DNA of 64,000 nt from a virus, in IMG/VR virus record IMGVR_UViG_3300026484_000002, positions 27,282 to 91,281 of that record. One strand, 5' to 3'. Position numbers and translations under genes: made by a program. The notes beneath the pieces were generated by a model. It was not told where the DNA came from. It ran no database searches and saw nothing but the letters and a program-made list of their open reading frames with translations. This document shows positions 10,223 to 20,800 of this stretch, in pieces. The first letter of the stretch is position 1; each line of letters begins with the position of its first letter.

Positions 10223-10660
10223 ATGATATACTTTAAAATACAAGACACTTTAGTCATAAAGGCAACCTTGGCTGAAATAGAAGGATTTACTCCAATAGAC
10301 ACAGATAAACCTTATGACTACTTTTGTGACCATCTATATGACATATATTATAAGGATGGAGAGTTCATTAAAATTCCTAATGAACATTTTTATATCGAGC
10401 AGAAGTTAAATCTAGAAGCAAATAAAGAAAGTAGACTAAATAGCATTAAGGTAACTACTAAGGCTGGGAATGTTTTTGATGGTGACGAGAAATCACAAGA
10501 CAGGATGTCTAAAATTTTATTAAGAAGTACTCTGATTGATGATACAAAAACTGATTGGAAATTAGCTGATAATAGCATAGTGACAATCAGTTTTGATGAA
10601 CTAAAAGAAGCTTTATCTTTAGCAATAAAAGAAATGAGTAACATAATTTTAAAAGGATAA
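10223..10660 (+). CDS. DUF4376-like tail fibre-associated protein
   Basis: FDGDEKSQDRM...WKLADNS motif; follows fibre gene. Confidence 0.7.
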   Translation: MIYFKIQDTLVIKATLAEIEGFTPIDTDKPYDYFCDHLYDIYYKDGEFIKIPNEHFYIEQKLNLEANKESRLNSIKVTTKAGNVFDGDEKSQDRMSKILLRSTLIDDTKTDWKLADNSIVTISFDELKEALSLAIKEMSNIILKG

Positions 10661-10663
10661 TAA

Positions 10664-11572
10664 ATGGCAAGCACAGAACAATTTATGAAAGAAGCAGTAG
10701 GGAACTTAGATGTAGTAACTCCATATAGACAACTAGTAGCAGAAACAACTGGTAGAGATAGCTTATATATAAAAGCAAAAGAGACTTTGCTTAGTTATTT
10801 TGAACAACCAGAAAATACATTATCAGTAAGAGAAAAAACTGAAATGTTATCTAAGCTAATAACTGATATTACAGTGCAAACTACTGATAGGCTAATGTCT
10901 ATTGCATTACAAGCAGCAGTTGAAAATAGAGATGCTGGATATAAACTTGCAAAGGAGCGTGAAGCAACATTATTAATCCAAGAACAAACAAACAAAGTAG
11001 CTGAAGATATTAGAGCACAAACATATCAAGTAGATGTAATTTTGCCTAAAGAAGCTTCAAAACTTGATGCAGAAATATTATATACTGGAACCAAAACAAC
11101 AGAACTTACCGCTGATGGATTAAAAGACAGAGCTGTCAAAGATAAGCAAATAGATAAGTTGGTTGAAGATATTGCATATACAAATGAACAAACATCTGTG
11201 TTGGTTGCGAATAGTGCAAAAGATCTACTTATTAAAGATGCACAAATTGGAAAAGCTAATAGCGATAAAGCATTAATTGATGCACAAGAAGCAGAAATAC
11301 ATTTAAATGCAGAATCAAATAGAGCTGTAAAATCTAAAGATTTGGAAGTTAAAGATGCACAAAAAGAATTGTATATCAGACAAAAACAATCATTAAATGA
11401 CAGTCTGCTTAAAGATCTATATAAAGAAGCTTCTGGTGGAACAGCAATGGTTTATAGTGAACTAGATGGTACAATATCTACTCCGAATTCATGGAACCAA
11501 GTGGATGAGATAGCAAACCAAATACTTACTTCTGCTGGATCTAATTATCAATTTACAGTTGCAAACAGTTAA
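10664..11572 (+). CDS. long N4 gp54-like coiled-coil virion protein
   Basis: 302 aa helical repeats, QKELYIRQKQS motif, directly upstream of gp53-like gene. Confidence 0.55.
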   Translation: MASTEQFMKEAVGNLDVVTPYRQLVAETTGRDSLYIKAKETLLSYFEQPENTLSVREKTEMLSKLITDITVQTTDRLMSIALQAAVENRDAGYKLAKEREATLLIQEQTNKVAEDIRAQTYQVDVILPKEASKLDAEILYTGTKTTELTADGLKDRAVKDKQIDKLVEDIAYTNEQTSVLVANSAKDLLIKDAQIGKANSDKALIDAQEAEIHLNAESNRAVKSKDLEVKDAQKELYIRQKQSLNDSLLKDLYKEASGGTAMVYSELDGTISTPNSWNQVDEIANQILTSAGSNYQFTVANS

Positions 11573-11582
11573 AGATTAATTT

Positions 11583-14500
11583 ATGGGAATCTTCAGTGGA
11601 AGCAAAACTGTAAACAGAGGGTATGATATTGTACCCTTGAAAGACAATGTAAAATTACAAGATGACTTATGGAAAAATAGTAAGCTAAGAATGAACAAAG
11701 CTTTTATGGATGGAGGAGTCAATGCATATAATAAACTATCTCATAATATGTATAAAAAGATACGTAAAAAATTCTCTACTTCCTATTTAAAAAAAGCAGG
11801 AGTAATAACGGACAATACTTTTAGTATGCTTGAATTTGATACTGAAAGACTTCAACAATATTTAATTATTGCATCCGGAGATCCAAGTATGACACTTAGC
11901 AACTATCAAGTAAATGAAGTTACGCCATCATATAGTAGTTTGCAAAATATCCTAGGTAGTCTTGTTAAAGTTGAATGTTCTCTTGTTGATGAAGACGATG
12001 TTTATTATAACTTTACAATTGTTGGAGGAGAAGTAGTAGAAGCTCCTGTTATGGGAACTTCTGTAAATAGAACAATGATTCTTATTGAATGTTTAAATGA
12101 TAGATCTTATTCTAGCAGAGAAGTTCCTTTGTCAATTCAATATGAAAAGTTAGAAACAGCAAATGTTACAGGCTTAATGTATCCAAAGGATATGTTTAAT
12201 TATATGAAAAAAAATCAATCAGAACTTTGGTATTGGCTATCAAATCCAAAAGATCTAGTTGGAACAATTAGTTACGATAGCTTACGAGTATCCTACCAAG
12301 TAAGTAGTGTGGATCTAATTGAAACAACTATAACAGATAATGCAACAAGCACCACAACAAACTTAGGTCTAGCAAACAATATTTCTAAAGCTTTTAATGT
12401 TTCAGTATTTTTAACAGGAAAAGCAAAAGCTATTGATGATGACATAACTGTAACAACTGAGGAAGTTGATTCAGATATTGTTCCTGATAATACGATTACA
12501 TCAAATACTGAAAGTAGCACTGAAGATGGATTTTATAATACATCAGATCCAATTACTGAAACAAATACTACTTCACTAGGTGATTTTAGTGCTTCTTATT
12601 CTATAATTGGAGACAGGATTACACATGTAACAACCAAGATTGAAGAAACATACTTGCCTGGATCTAGAACCAATAAAGAAGGCAATGTAATTAAAACATA
12701 TGTAAAAACTACTACTACAACTATAATTACAGAATGTGAGCCATCAAATTATTCCATTGAAGTGGAAGTTACACAGCCTATTGTTACATGCTATCCTAAA
12801 CTATCATATGTAATAAAACCTGTTATAACTACAGATGCCTATTCAAATTATGTGGCATTAAATACAAAAAAAATATCTATTAGAGAGTTCATAAATAATC
12901 ATACAATTCAAGTAGCAAGTATGGATTATAATATATTTTCCTATGATGATCCAGATTCCACTACAATAAGTCTTAAAAATACTCCAGAAGATATGAATAA
13001 AGTGGAACAAATACTTATACAAAAAGGTGCAATTGTTCATGAAGATGGATGGGGATATACAAGTGTTGTTGGTCCACTAGTTTCTTATCATGAAGCAAAT
13101 CATTTTAAATTTAATGTAGGGCTATTCTTTAATAAGTCTTCTCAAGAAGCTTTAAATCTAGATATTATAACTCTTTGTGGACATAATGAAAATAATGATT
13201 ATATTAAAGTATCAATTGAAGTCAAGGATGATATGTATTCAACATCAGAAAATCATTTGCTAACTCCAGTAATACCATTAAGATATGCAGACAGTGTTTT
13301 ATACTCTAGAAGTAAAGATGGCAAGGCAATTAAATATACTATAGATAATTTGAAAAATATAATAACTTCAATTAATCAGTATAGAAACTATCTCGATCCA
13401 TATGAAATGAAATGGATTAATGATTACCCTAGAGACAATAAAGAAAATGATATAAAAACTATACAAGATATAGTAGAAACTATAACTGGTTCTGTTAGTG
13501 AAGTTCACAGCATTGTAGAAGACAATGAAGCAACATTAAAAGAAATAACTGAAGCCATTGTTGATAAGAATCCCCCAAATATTGATGATATACTTACTCA
13601 ATTGAGCAGTTCTGACAATTTTGAAAAAGCAGATAATAAAACTAAAAAACTACAACACATATTGGATCCAATGGGAATCCCAGTAGAAGGATTTGATGAT
13701 TTAATTGATACAGTAAGTACAAATAATGATATATACACTGCTGCTATAATTAGTGGATTAAGACTGTTCAATGAAGACAATACTTTAATAACTGATTCTA
13801 CTAATGCAAGAGCTAAGGTTCTACACTTATTTGCTGATTCAATGACAACAAAAAGTATAATTTTAGATACTCCACAAACATTTTCAATTAGTAATTATAT
13901 TATTAATGCTACATATACATATACAGTTGAAAAATCTATAATAACAGATTTTAAAACTACAAATGAATATACATTAGCGACTGAAGGAAGTAAATTAAAT
14001 AACAAATATTTTATGCGTACATCATATGAAGTTGTAAAAACAATAGATGATGGATATAACATATGGAATATAAAGAACCAAATTATATATACATATAAAA
14101 TAAACAGAGATGGATCTGCAACTAGATTTAAATTTATAAGTATAGATATGAATTTAACAAGTTATGATGGAAAATATAAAATAAGTACTTGCGATAGCTA
14201 TGAATTAGATCCATGGTATGATACTATTGAAGTTACTTCTCGAACAAACTTGCATAAATTAATTATTGTCTATCCTGAAAGTATAAATAAGAAATTATCA
14301 TTTCATGAGTATTCTAATTTATATAATGATAATCTATTTTTATTTGTATATAGCAGAAAAGTAACTCATACCAAATGGTATCAATCTAGCTTTTTTGGAT
14401 TTGTTCTGATGGTAGCAGTCATTACTGTTATGGCTTTAACTGCACAACCAGAATTTGCAAGTACTGCTCTTGGTTCATTGATTTCATCTTCTCCAAATAT

Positions 14501-15080
14501 AGCAACTGCTATAGAAGTAGGAGTGTTTGGCTATGGAATGGGAATCACTTTTACAAATATGCCAATAGCAATGAGAATTGCTGTTACAATAGCAATGACC
14601 TATGCTACTAGAGGGATAAACTCTGGATCTATAACTTCAGCTTCAACCTCAGAAGCAGCTACAACAATTACTATGGAAAGTGTAATTGAAAGTATAGAAA
14701 ATTATTTTACAAATATGTCTACAATGGACATGGTTACTTTTACTACTGATAAATTGAAAACTGCATATTCTATATATATAAAAGAAAAATTAGAAAGTGA
14801 AGCTGATAATGCAAGGAAATTTATAGCAGCAGCAACTGAAGCTACTGAAAAACTAGATGACAAATTAAAAGAATTTGATATTCAAAAAGAAAGAGTTTCA
14901 ATTTTTGCTAGCTTTATGCTTGATTTTATAGAAGCAGAAACATACAATCAGCTAGCAGTATCTGAAATGTATATGTCAAATGAATTTAATGCTAGTTTGT
15001 TAGATTATATATCTAGCACTGAATACCAATCAGATATTGCAAAAATACCAAATCTTCCAACTACAGATGTTATGGTATAA
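11583..15080 (+). CDS. N4 gp53-like virion protein
   Basis: MGIFSG start; KWYQSSFF followed by hydrophobic helices near C-terminus; synteny. Confidence 0.65.
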   Translation: MGIFSGSKTVNRGYDIVPLKDNVKLQDDLWKNSKLRMNKAFMDGGVNAYNKLSHNMYKKIRKKFSTSYLKKAGVITDNTFSMLEFDTERLQQYLIIASGDPSMTLSNYQVNEVTPSYSSLQNILGSLVKVECSLVDEDDVYYNFTIVGGEVVEAPVMGTSVNRTMILIECLNDRSYSSREVPLSIQYEKLETANVTGLMYPKDMFNYMKKNQSELWYWLSNPKDLVGTISYDSLRVSYQVSSVDLIETTITDNATSTTTNLGLANNISKAFNVSVFLTGKAKAIDDDITVTTEEVDSDIVPDNTITSNTESSTEDGFYNTSDPITETNTTSLGDFSASYSIIGDRITHVTTKIEETYLPGSRTNKEGNVIKTYVKTTTTTIITECEPSNYSIEVEVTQPIVTCYPKLSYVIKPVITTDAYSNYVALNTKKISIREFINNHTIQVASMDYNIFSYDDPDSTTISLKNTPEDMNKVEQILIQKGAIVHEDGWGYTSVVGPLVSYHEANHFKFNVGLFFNKSSQEALNLDIITLCGHNENNDYIKVSIEVKDDMYSTSENHLLTPVIPLRYADSVLYSRSKDGKAIKYTIDNLKNIITSINQYRNYLDPYEMKWINDYPRDNKENDIKTIQDIVETITGSVSEVHSIVEDNEATLKEITEAIVDKNPPNIDDILTQLSSSDNFEKADNKTKKLQHILDPMGIPVEGFDDLIDTVSTNNDIYTAAIISGLRLFNEDNTLITDSTNARAKVLHLFADSMTTKSIILDTPQTFSISNYIINATYTYTVEKSIITDFKTTNEYTLATEGSKLNNKYFMRTSYEVVKTIDDGYNIWNIKNQIIYTYKINRDGSATRFKFISIDMNLTSYDGKYKISTCDSYELDPWYDTIEVTSRTNLHKLIIVYPESINKKLSFHEYSNLYNDNLFLFVYSRKVTHTKWYQSSFFGFVLMVAVITVMALTAQPEFASTALGSLISSSPNIATAIEVGVFGYGMGITFTNMPIAMRIAVTIAMTYATRGINSGSITSASTSEAATTITMESVIESIENYFTNMSTMDMVTFTTDKLKTAYSIYIKEKLESEADNARKFIAAATEATEKLDDKLKEFDIQKERVSIFASFMLDFIEAETYNQLAVSEMYMSNEFNASLLDYISSTEYQSDIAKIPNLPTTDVMV

Positions 15081-15081
15081 T
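15073..15081 (+). promoter_or_regulatory. extended -10 promoter
   Basis: TGGTATAAT upstream of AGGAG SD of the 15116 gene. Confidence 0.5.
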
Positions 15082-15115
15082 ATGAATAATAAAAATACAA
15101 ACAGGAGAACAAAAT

Positions 15116-15667
15116 ATGGCACCTTTATATAATTCTACAGGTCAAGTTAACAACGGAATGGGTGGGTTTACAAATGTTATTCCACAGCCTAGAACCTATA
15201 GCGGTGTTGGACTTTCATCATTGGATCTGCCTGCTACAGGAAATATGCCTTGGGCAGGTTATAGTAATAATACTCCTGAACTTTCTTTTTTAGACAAAAC
15301 TGAAAATTATTTTAAAAATGATTTTCTAAAACCAACTACCGAAACTGTTCGTACAGTAAATCCTGATGGAACTATATCCATGAAAACTATAGATGGTGGA
15401 TTGTTAAGCTCTGATGCTGCTAAAATAGGTCAAGGACTATATGCTGTAGGTATGGATGGCTTTAATATATATAACACTAATAAAAATTACAAATTACAGA
15501 AAAATAGATTTAATTTAATGAAAAAAGAGGCTGCAGCTAATTATGGATTAAGTGCTAAGAAGTTTAATAATGCTATTGCTGATAAAAATGCTGCAAGAGA
15601 AGCAGCTAGAGCTTCAGGGTTCAGAGTTAGAGATGTGCATTATGACACTGCACCTGTAACACTTTAA
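15116..15667 (+). CDS. N4 gp52-like ejection protein
   Basis: 183 aa, Cys-free, Gly-rich amphipathic segment, synteny. Confidence 0.55.
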   Translation: MAPLYNSTGQVNNGMGGFTNVIPQPRTYSGVGLSSLDLPATGNMPWAGYSNNTPELSFLDKTENYFKNDFLKPTTETVRTVNPDGTISMKTIDGGLLSSDAAKIGQGLYAVGMDGFNIYNTNKNYKLQKNRFNLMKKEAAANYGLSAKKFNNAIADKNAAREAARASGFRVRDVHYDTAPVTL

Positions 15668-15676
15668 AGGTTAAAT

Positions 15677-17815
15677 ATGCAATCACAATTTTTAAAATAT
15701 ATGAATGATCTAAACAATCAAAATCAAAAAAGAATGGATAAAGAATACCAATATTCTCAAGATTTCTTTAAAAACAGCATGCTTCTAGATGCAAACAATA
15801 GAGCTAAATATGAAGCAGAAACAAAAGGTATGGGTCAAGCTGATAAGGTGAAGGAAGTTATGGATAGTATCACTTCTAGAACCAATAAACTTGACAATAC
15901 TAAAGCAATGGATGAAGTAAACAATATTTTTGGTCAAGCTACACAAGACAATACTCTTGATAATTATGTCAAACAAATTGATAATGACAAAAGATATAAT
16001 GATATGATGTCTGTTACAAAAGGATTGGATCCAACTAGTGAAGAAGCTGAGAAAAAACGTATTCTAGGCGATAAATATGATGATTATTTAGCTCGTACTA
16101 AAAAGATAGATTCTAACTTGGATCTATTAAATAGTAAGGCAGGCACTGGGTATGAAAATATTCTATATGGAGTTGATGCAGATACTGCAAAATCAACTGT
16201 TGCTAATGAATTGATGAATGGTGGAGTAAATCCTGTTTATGCAGAGAACCTTGCAGCATCATTATCCGTTCCTTATGTAAAAAAACCTAATGTATCTAAG
16301 CTTACTGATTTAGATAAAGCATTAATAGAACATGCAGATAAAGTAAAGAAAGACATATACAGTAATGCTAATACTTTTGAAAATGCATCATCTATCGCAA
16401 GCGGAAAAAGCACTAAAAGAGATCCAAAAGATAAAAATGGTTTTAAAAATTATTACTTAACAACTGCTCCAGTTAATGATTATAAAAACGATTATCCAGC
16501 ATTTCAAAATTATGTTATAGAAAAATTAGATGCAGAACCTTCTGTTGTTCTTGATAGATCTGTTAACGATATATATAAACAATTTAATGCTCCAGTAAAA
16601 CTAAAACTTGGAAAAGGAAAAACGAAATCTGTATACTTGCCAAAAGAAGCCCTTTATAAATATGTTACTGATAATTTAGAACCAAATATTGGTACATCTA
16701 ATGAAATTAAAAATATAGATCCAGATACATTTGAAAAATGGAGAGAACAAAAAGCAAAAGAAATGTTCAATCAAGGTTTGATTAACGATTCTTATTCTTT
16801 AAAATCTTTAAATCTTACTCCAAAAGATGAAGTTACTAAAAAAAGTAAAATATCAGGAAAAAGCTTAACCAAGGAACAAAAATCTACCATTAAAGCTTCT
16901 AATAATCTTATAGCGAATGTATTCAGCAAATATAAAGGAGTCACAGACAAACAAATAGTTGATGACTGGCTAGGAACAAATTATAGTACATTAAAAACAG
17001 AACCAATTAAAAAAGAAGAAAATAATAATAATAGTAGCATTATAAAAAAAGCTTTTGAAAAGAAAGTTTTTAAAGAACAAGGAATTGAAAAGAAAGTTAA
17101 TAACGAAAAAGTTAACAATGAAAAAGTTAATCCATTAATTCAAGAATTAAATAGCAAAAATGGAGCTGCAAAAGTATATGATATCTTTAAAGGTACAGAA
17201 CCAAAAACTCTATTATCCTTAGTAAATAATGTAAATAATAAAGATTCTAAAAAATTGTTAAGTGCAGTAAATAGTTTTAATGTGGATCATCCATTTAAAG
17301 ATTTAAATGAATTAAAAACAGAATTAAAAGAAAGAATACTGGTTAATAAATCTAATGAAGAAACTAAAAATTATTCTTCAGAACATCCTGTATATTTTAC
17401 AAAAAAAGACAAACCATATGATTTTGATTTGCTAATGAATCAAACATTACAAAATATAAAAAATGATAAATCTATATCAAAAATGAGAGAAGGTGCATTG
17501 ATTTCTGAATTAAATAAATATTTAAGACAAAAAGATATTGCTAAATCAAAAATAGATAATAAAATACTTGATACGCTGATTAACACTGGAGCTAGTAGTG
17601 GAAAGTTTATAGCAAACACCATAAACCAACTTAAACCAAAAAATGATCAAATAGATTTATCTATTTTTGAAAAAAAAGCTATTAGGGCTAAAGAAAAAAG
17701 AAAAAGTGATGCCAAAAAAAGACATAAACAAGTAACTTCTCATAATCGTGTTGAAAAAGATTTTGAATCACTTCCATATAAAGATTTACATAAATATTTA
17801 TACAATAATAAATAG
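15677..17815 (+). CDS. N4 gp51-like ejection protein
   Basis: 712 aa, Cys-free, directly upstream of vRNAP; assignment by synteny only. Confidence 0.5.
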   Translation: MQSQFLKYMNDLNNQNQKRMDKEYQYSQDFFKNSMLLDANNRAKYEAETKGMGQADKVKEVMDSITSRTNKLDNTKAMDEVNNIFGQATQDNTLDNYVKQIDNDKRYNDMMSVTKGLDPTSEEAEKKRILGDKYDDYLARTKKIDSNLDLLNSKAGTGYENILYGVDADTAKSTVANELMNGGVNPVYAENLAASLSVPYVKKPNVSKLTDLDKALIEHADKVKKDIYSNANTFENASSIASGKSTKRDPKDKNGFKNYYLTTAPVNDYKNDYPAFQNYVIEKLDAEPSVVLDRSVNDIYKQFNAPVKLKLGKGKTKSVYLPKEALYKYVTDNLEPNIGTSNEIKNIDPDTFEKWREQKAKEMFNQGLINDSYSLKSLNLTPKDEVTKKSKISGKSLTKEQKSTIKASNNLIANVFSKYKGVTDKQIVDDWLGTNYSTLKTEPIKKEENNNNSSIIKKAFEKKVFKEQGIEKKVNNEKVNNEKVNPLIQELNSKNGAAKVYDIFKGTEPKTLLSLVNNVNNKDSKKLLSAVNSFNVDHPFKDLNELKTELKERILVNKSNEETKNYSSEHPVYFTKKDKPYDFDLLMNQTLQNIKNDKSISKMREGALISELNKYLRQKDIAKSKIDNKILDTLINTGASSGKFIANTINQLKPKNDQIDLSIFEKKAIRAKEKRKSDAKKRHKQVTSHNRVEKDFESLPYKDLHKYLYNNK

Positions 17816-17830
17816 ATATTCCAAGTGAAA

Positions 17831-17874
17831 GCGTACCTATGCTATAATGTCATAATATAATACTAAAGGTACGC
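17831..17874 (+). promoter_or_regulatory. extended -10 promoter enclosed by SD-sequestering inverted repeat
   Basis: TGCTATAAT 17840-17848 between GCGTACCT (17831-17838) and AGGTACGC (17867-17874). Confidence 0.55.
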
Positions 17875-17875
17875 A

Positions 17876-20800
17876 ATGGCTAACTATCCTGATGACTTCA
17901 CTAAAAATACCAATAATGTACTGGATCAATTTTCCCAATTAACAGACACCTACAATACTGCTGTTGACGTTATTGGTTCTGTGCCTACTTCTACAAATAA
18001 AATCAATCATCTCCAACAAAAGAAACAACAAAAAATAGATAGACTTAATCCAGATGCTACATTGGATCTATATAATAATATGGATATATATACAAATGAA
18101 TATGGAATAACTAAAGATTCATTAAATAGCTATACTCCAGAACAGTTACAAGAAATGCTTGGTTCTAGTGTAAATGATAAAGTATATTATGACGATAAAG
18201 AAATAGGTCCATATCAAATGAAACAAGATGCTGAAGGAGAATGGAATAAAACCCCTTTTAGTGGCACTACTCAACATGTGTATGTTGCTCCTAGCAAAGA
18301 TGGTAATATGAAGTTAGGTTTAGCAGGTGTAGGCTTTAGAGAAAGATATACACCTGGTCTTGCTGCAAAAGAAGGATTGACTACAAATAAAAACTATGGT
18401 TGGGCTCCAGGGGAAAAAGGAGTAGATCCAACAAAAGAACCTTATTTAGATATAGCTCTTCCATATGACGAAGCTTCAAGATTAGAATTCCTAACACACT
18501 CAAATAAAGGACAAATTGCAAATAGAGCAGGTGGTGCTAGTGTTGCTGACTATATAAAAAATGTGAAACCAAATGTTTATGGCAAAGGAGCGAGTGAATA
18601 TACAACACAAAATGCCCCTATGTGGAATATAAATTCCAGCAATACAGATTTACCAGAGCAAGTAGTTACTCCACATATTCCTAAGTTTTTAGGTGATACT
18701 AGTACGCCTAGATCAAAAGCAATAGGTGTAATCCATGATAATGCAGAATACGAAGGTGAGCCTCTGCTAGGACAATTTGCAGATGGAGTTGCTAGAAATG
18801 CTAGAGGATTTGCTGGTGGAGTAGCGAGAGTCATTGGTGATACTGCAAAACTAGCTAATGATTTAGAAACTAGAGCCATTTATGAATCAGCAAAAAGACT
18901 TTATGATTTCAATGAGAAAGATGCAAATGAATTAGCAGATAGATTTCAATTTTTAACAAAAGAAAAACTAGATACCATGGAAAATGCTATAGCTGGTGAA
19001 GATTTTGTTACTGCTACAGCTGATGATACTAAGAAAATGGAAGAGCATCAAAAGAAAGCTTTTAAGGATGTTACTTGGTCAGATCCAAGTTCATATGGTA
19101 AAGTCAATTTACCTGAAGCATACAATATGTTTAAGACAGGTTTATCTAGCCCAGAAATGACTTTTAAATCACTAGGCTATATGCTCGGAAACCTAATAGG
19201 TCTTCCTGAAAAAGCAGCAATCAAAATGGCAGGCAAAGGAACTTTAAAAGCACTTGAGTACAATGCAAAAAAAGATGTTGCAAAAGAGATGTTAAGCAAA
19301 GCTGCCAAGACTGATAAGCTAATTGCTGCTGGAAAAATAACAACTGAAGATGCTGTAAAAAAAGGCATGACTTTATTGGATCCAGCCAAGAAAGCCATGT
19401 ATGAAAAAACTATTCAACTTAGTGACAGAGCATTAAGTAAAATTCCAATTAAAAATAAATTCAATGCATTCGTTGCAAAAAATGCAAACATACTACATCT
19501 TGGAGCTGTAACTAATGAACAGGATATGGATGATTACTACGAAAAACACGGTGAAAGAGCATCTCTACAACATGCATTATTAGGTTTTGCTGCAAATGCT
19601 GTAGGAGCAAAAATAGACTTATGGGCTGATAAAACTGCATTAATGGGAACAAAAGAAGGCTTTTCTGCATTAATTAAAAAAGCAGGTAAAACAAGAGCAC
19701 AAAAGATGCTTACAGGAGTAATTTCTGGTGCAGCAAAAATGGCAGAAGGTGGTATTGCTGAGCTTCCTGCAGAATATATTCAGAGTGGGATCCAAGCTTT
19801 CAATAATACATATAAAGATGATAATGCAGCAGAAGCTTTAACCAAAGCATTTCATGATGCAACACAAGGTGCAGCTTTCGGAGCAGCAAGTGGTATTCAT
19901 ATGGCAGGTCCTAGTGCTGGATCTAACATTATTACAAATACATTTACTGAAACTGATAGTGATAAAAGCTATGAAAATAAAATTACATCTGACACAGAAC
20001 CAACAAATGCAACTTCTGATGAACAGGCACAAGATTTAGCACTTGATAAGCTCTATACACACTTGCATGAAAAAGGAGAACCATTATCTGAAGAAGATAA
20101 ACCTTTGGCTCATGCATCAGTTGAGCGTCATTTAAACAATACTTTACAAAGTCTTGCATTAGCTGAAGAAAATATAAATGCTGAAATTGCTAAAGAAAAT
20201 CCTGATACTGAATTTATAGGTTCTCTCGAAAAAGAAAAAGAAAACCTTGAAGATAAGATTTCTATTTTACTTGATATGCGTAATCATACTGCAGAAGATG
20301 GAGTTATTTATAATAATAGACCAATAAAAGAAATAGACAATGATTTGACACAAACAATAGAACAACTCAACAATGAGCCTAAAGATCCAAAACTGATTAA
20401 GAAAAAACGACAGTTATTGTTAGAAAAATATATAGCCAGTCATCCTTTAGCAAAAAAAGCCAATGAAAATGGTGAAGATACTGAAGATTCTGAAGCAACT
20501 TTCGATACAGTATTGTCACAAAAATTATATGGAGGAGTGACCAAGGATGGATATAGAACTGGTATTGTTAATATGGTCACTCCATTGTTTGATGACAGTA
20601 TAAGTGAACATGGAAAGCGAGCTGTTAAAAATAATATAGAAAGATTTCTTGAATCTCAATCAGCCAAAGAAAAGGCAATCGAAGCAGCTAAGACTAAATT
20701 TGAAGAACAAGGAAAAGATGCAGAAGAGAATCCAACACCTGTTATAGCTAGATATTTTACTCCTACAGGTACTGAAGCTACTTTTGAATATAGAGGTATT

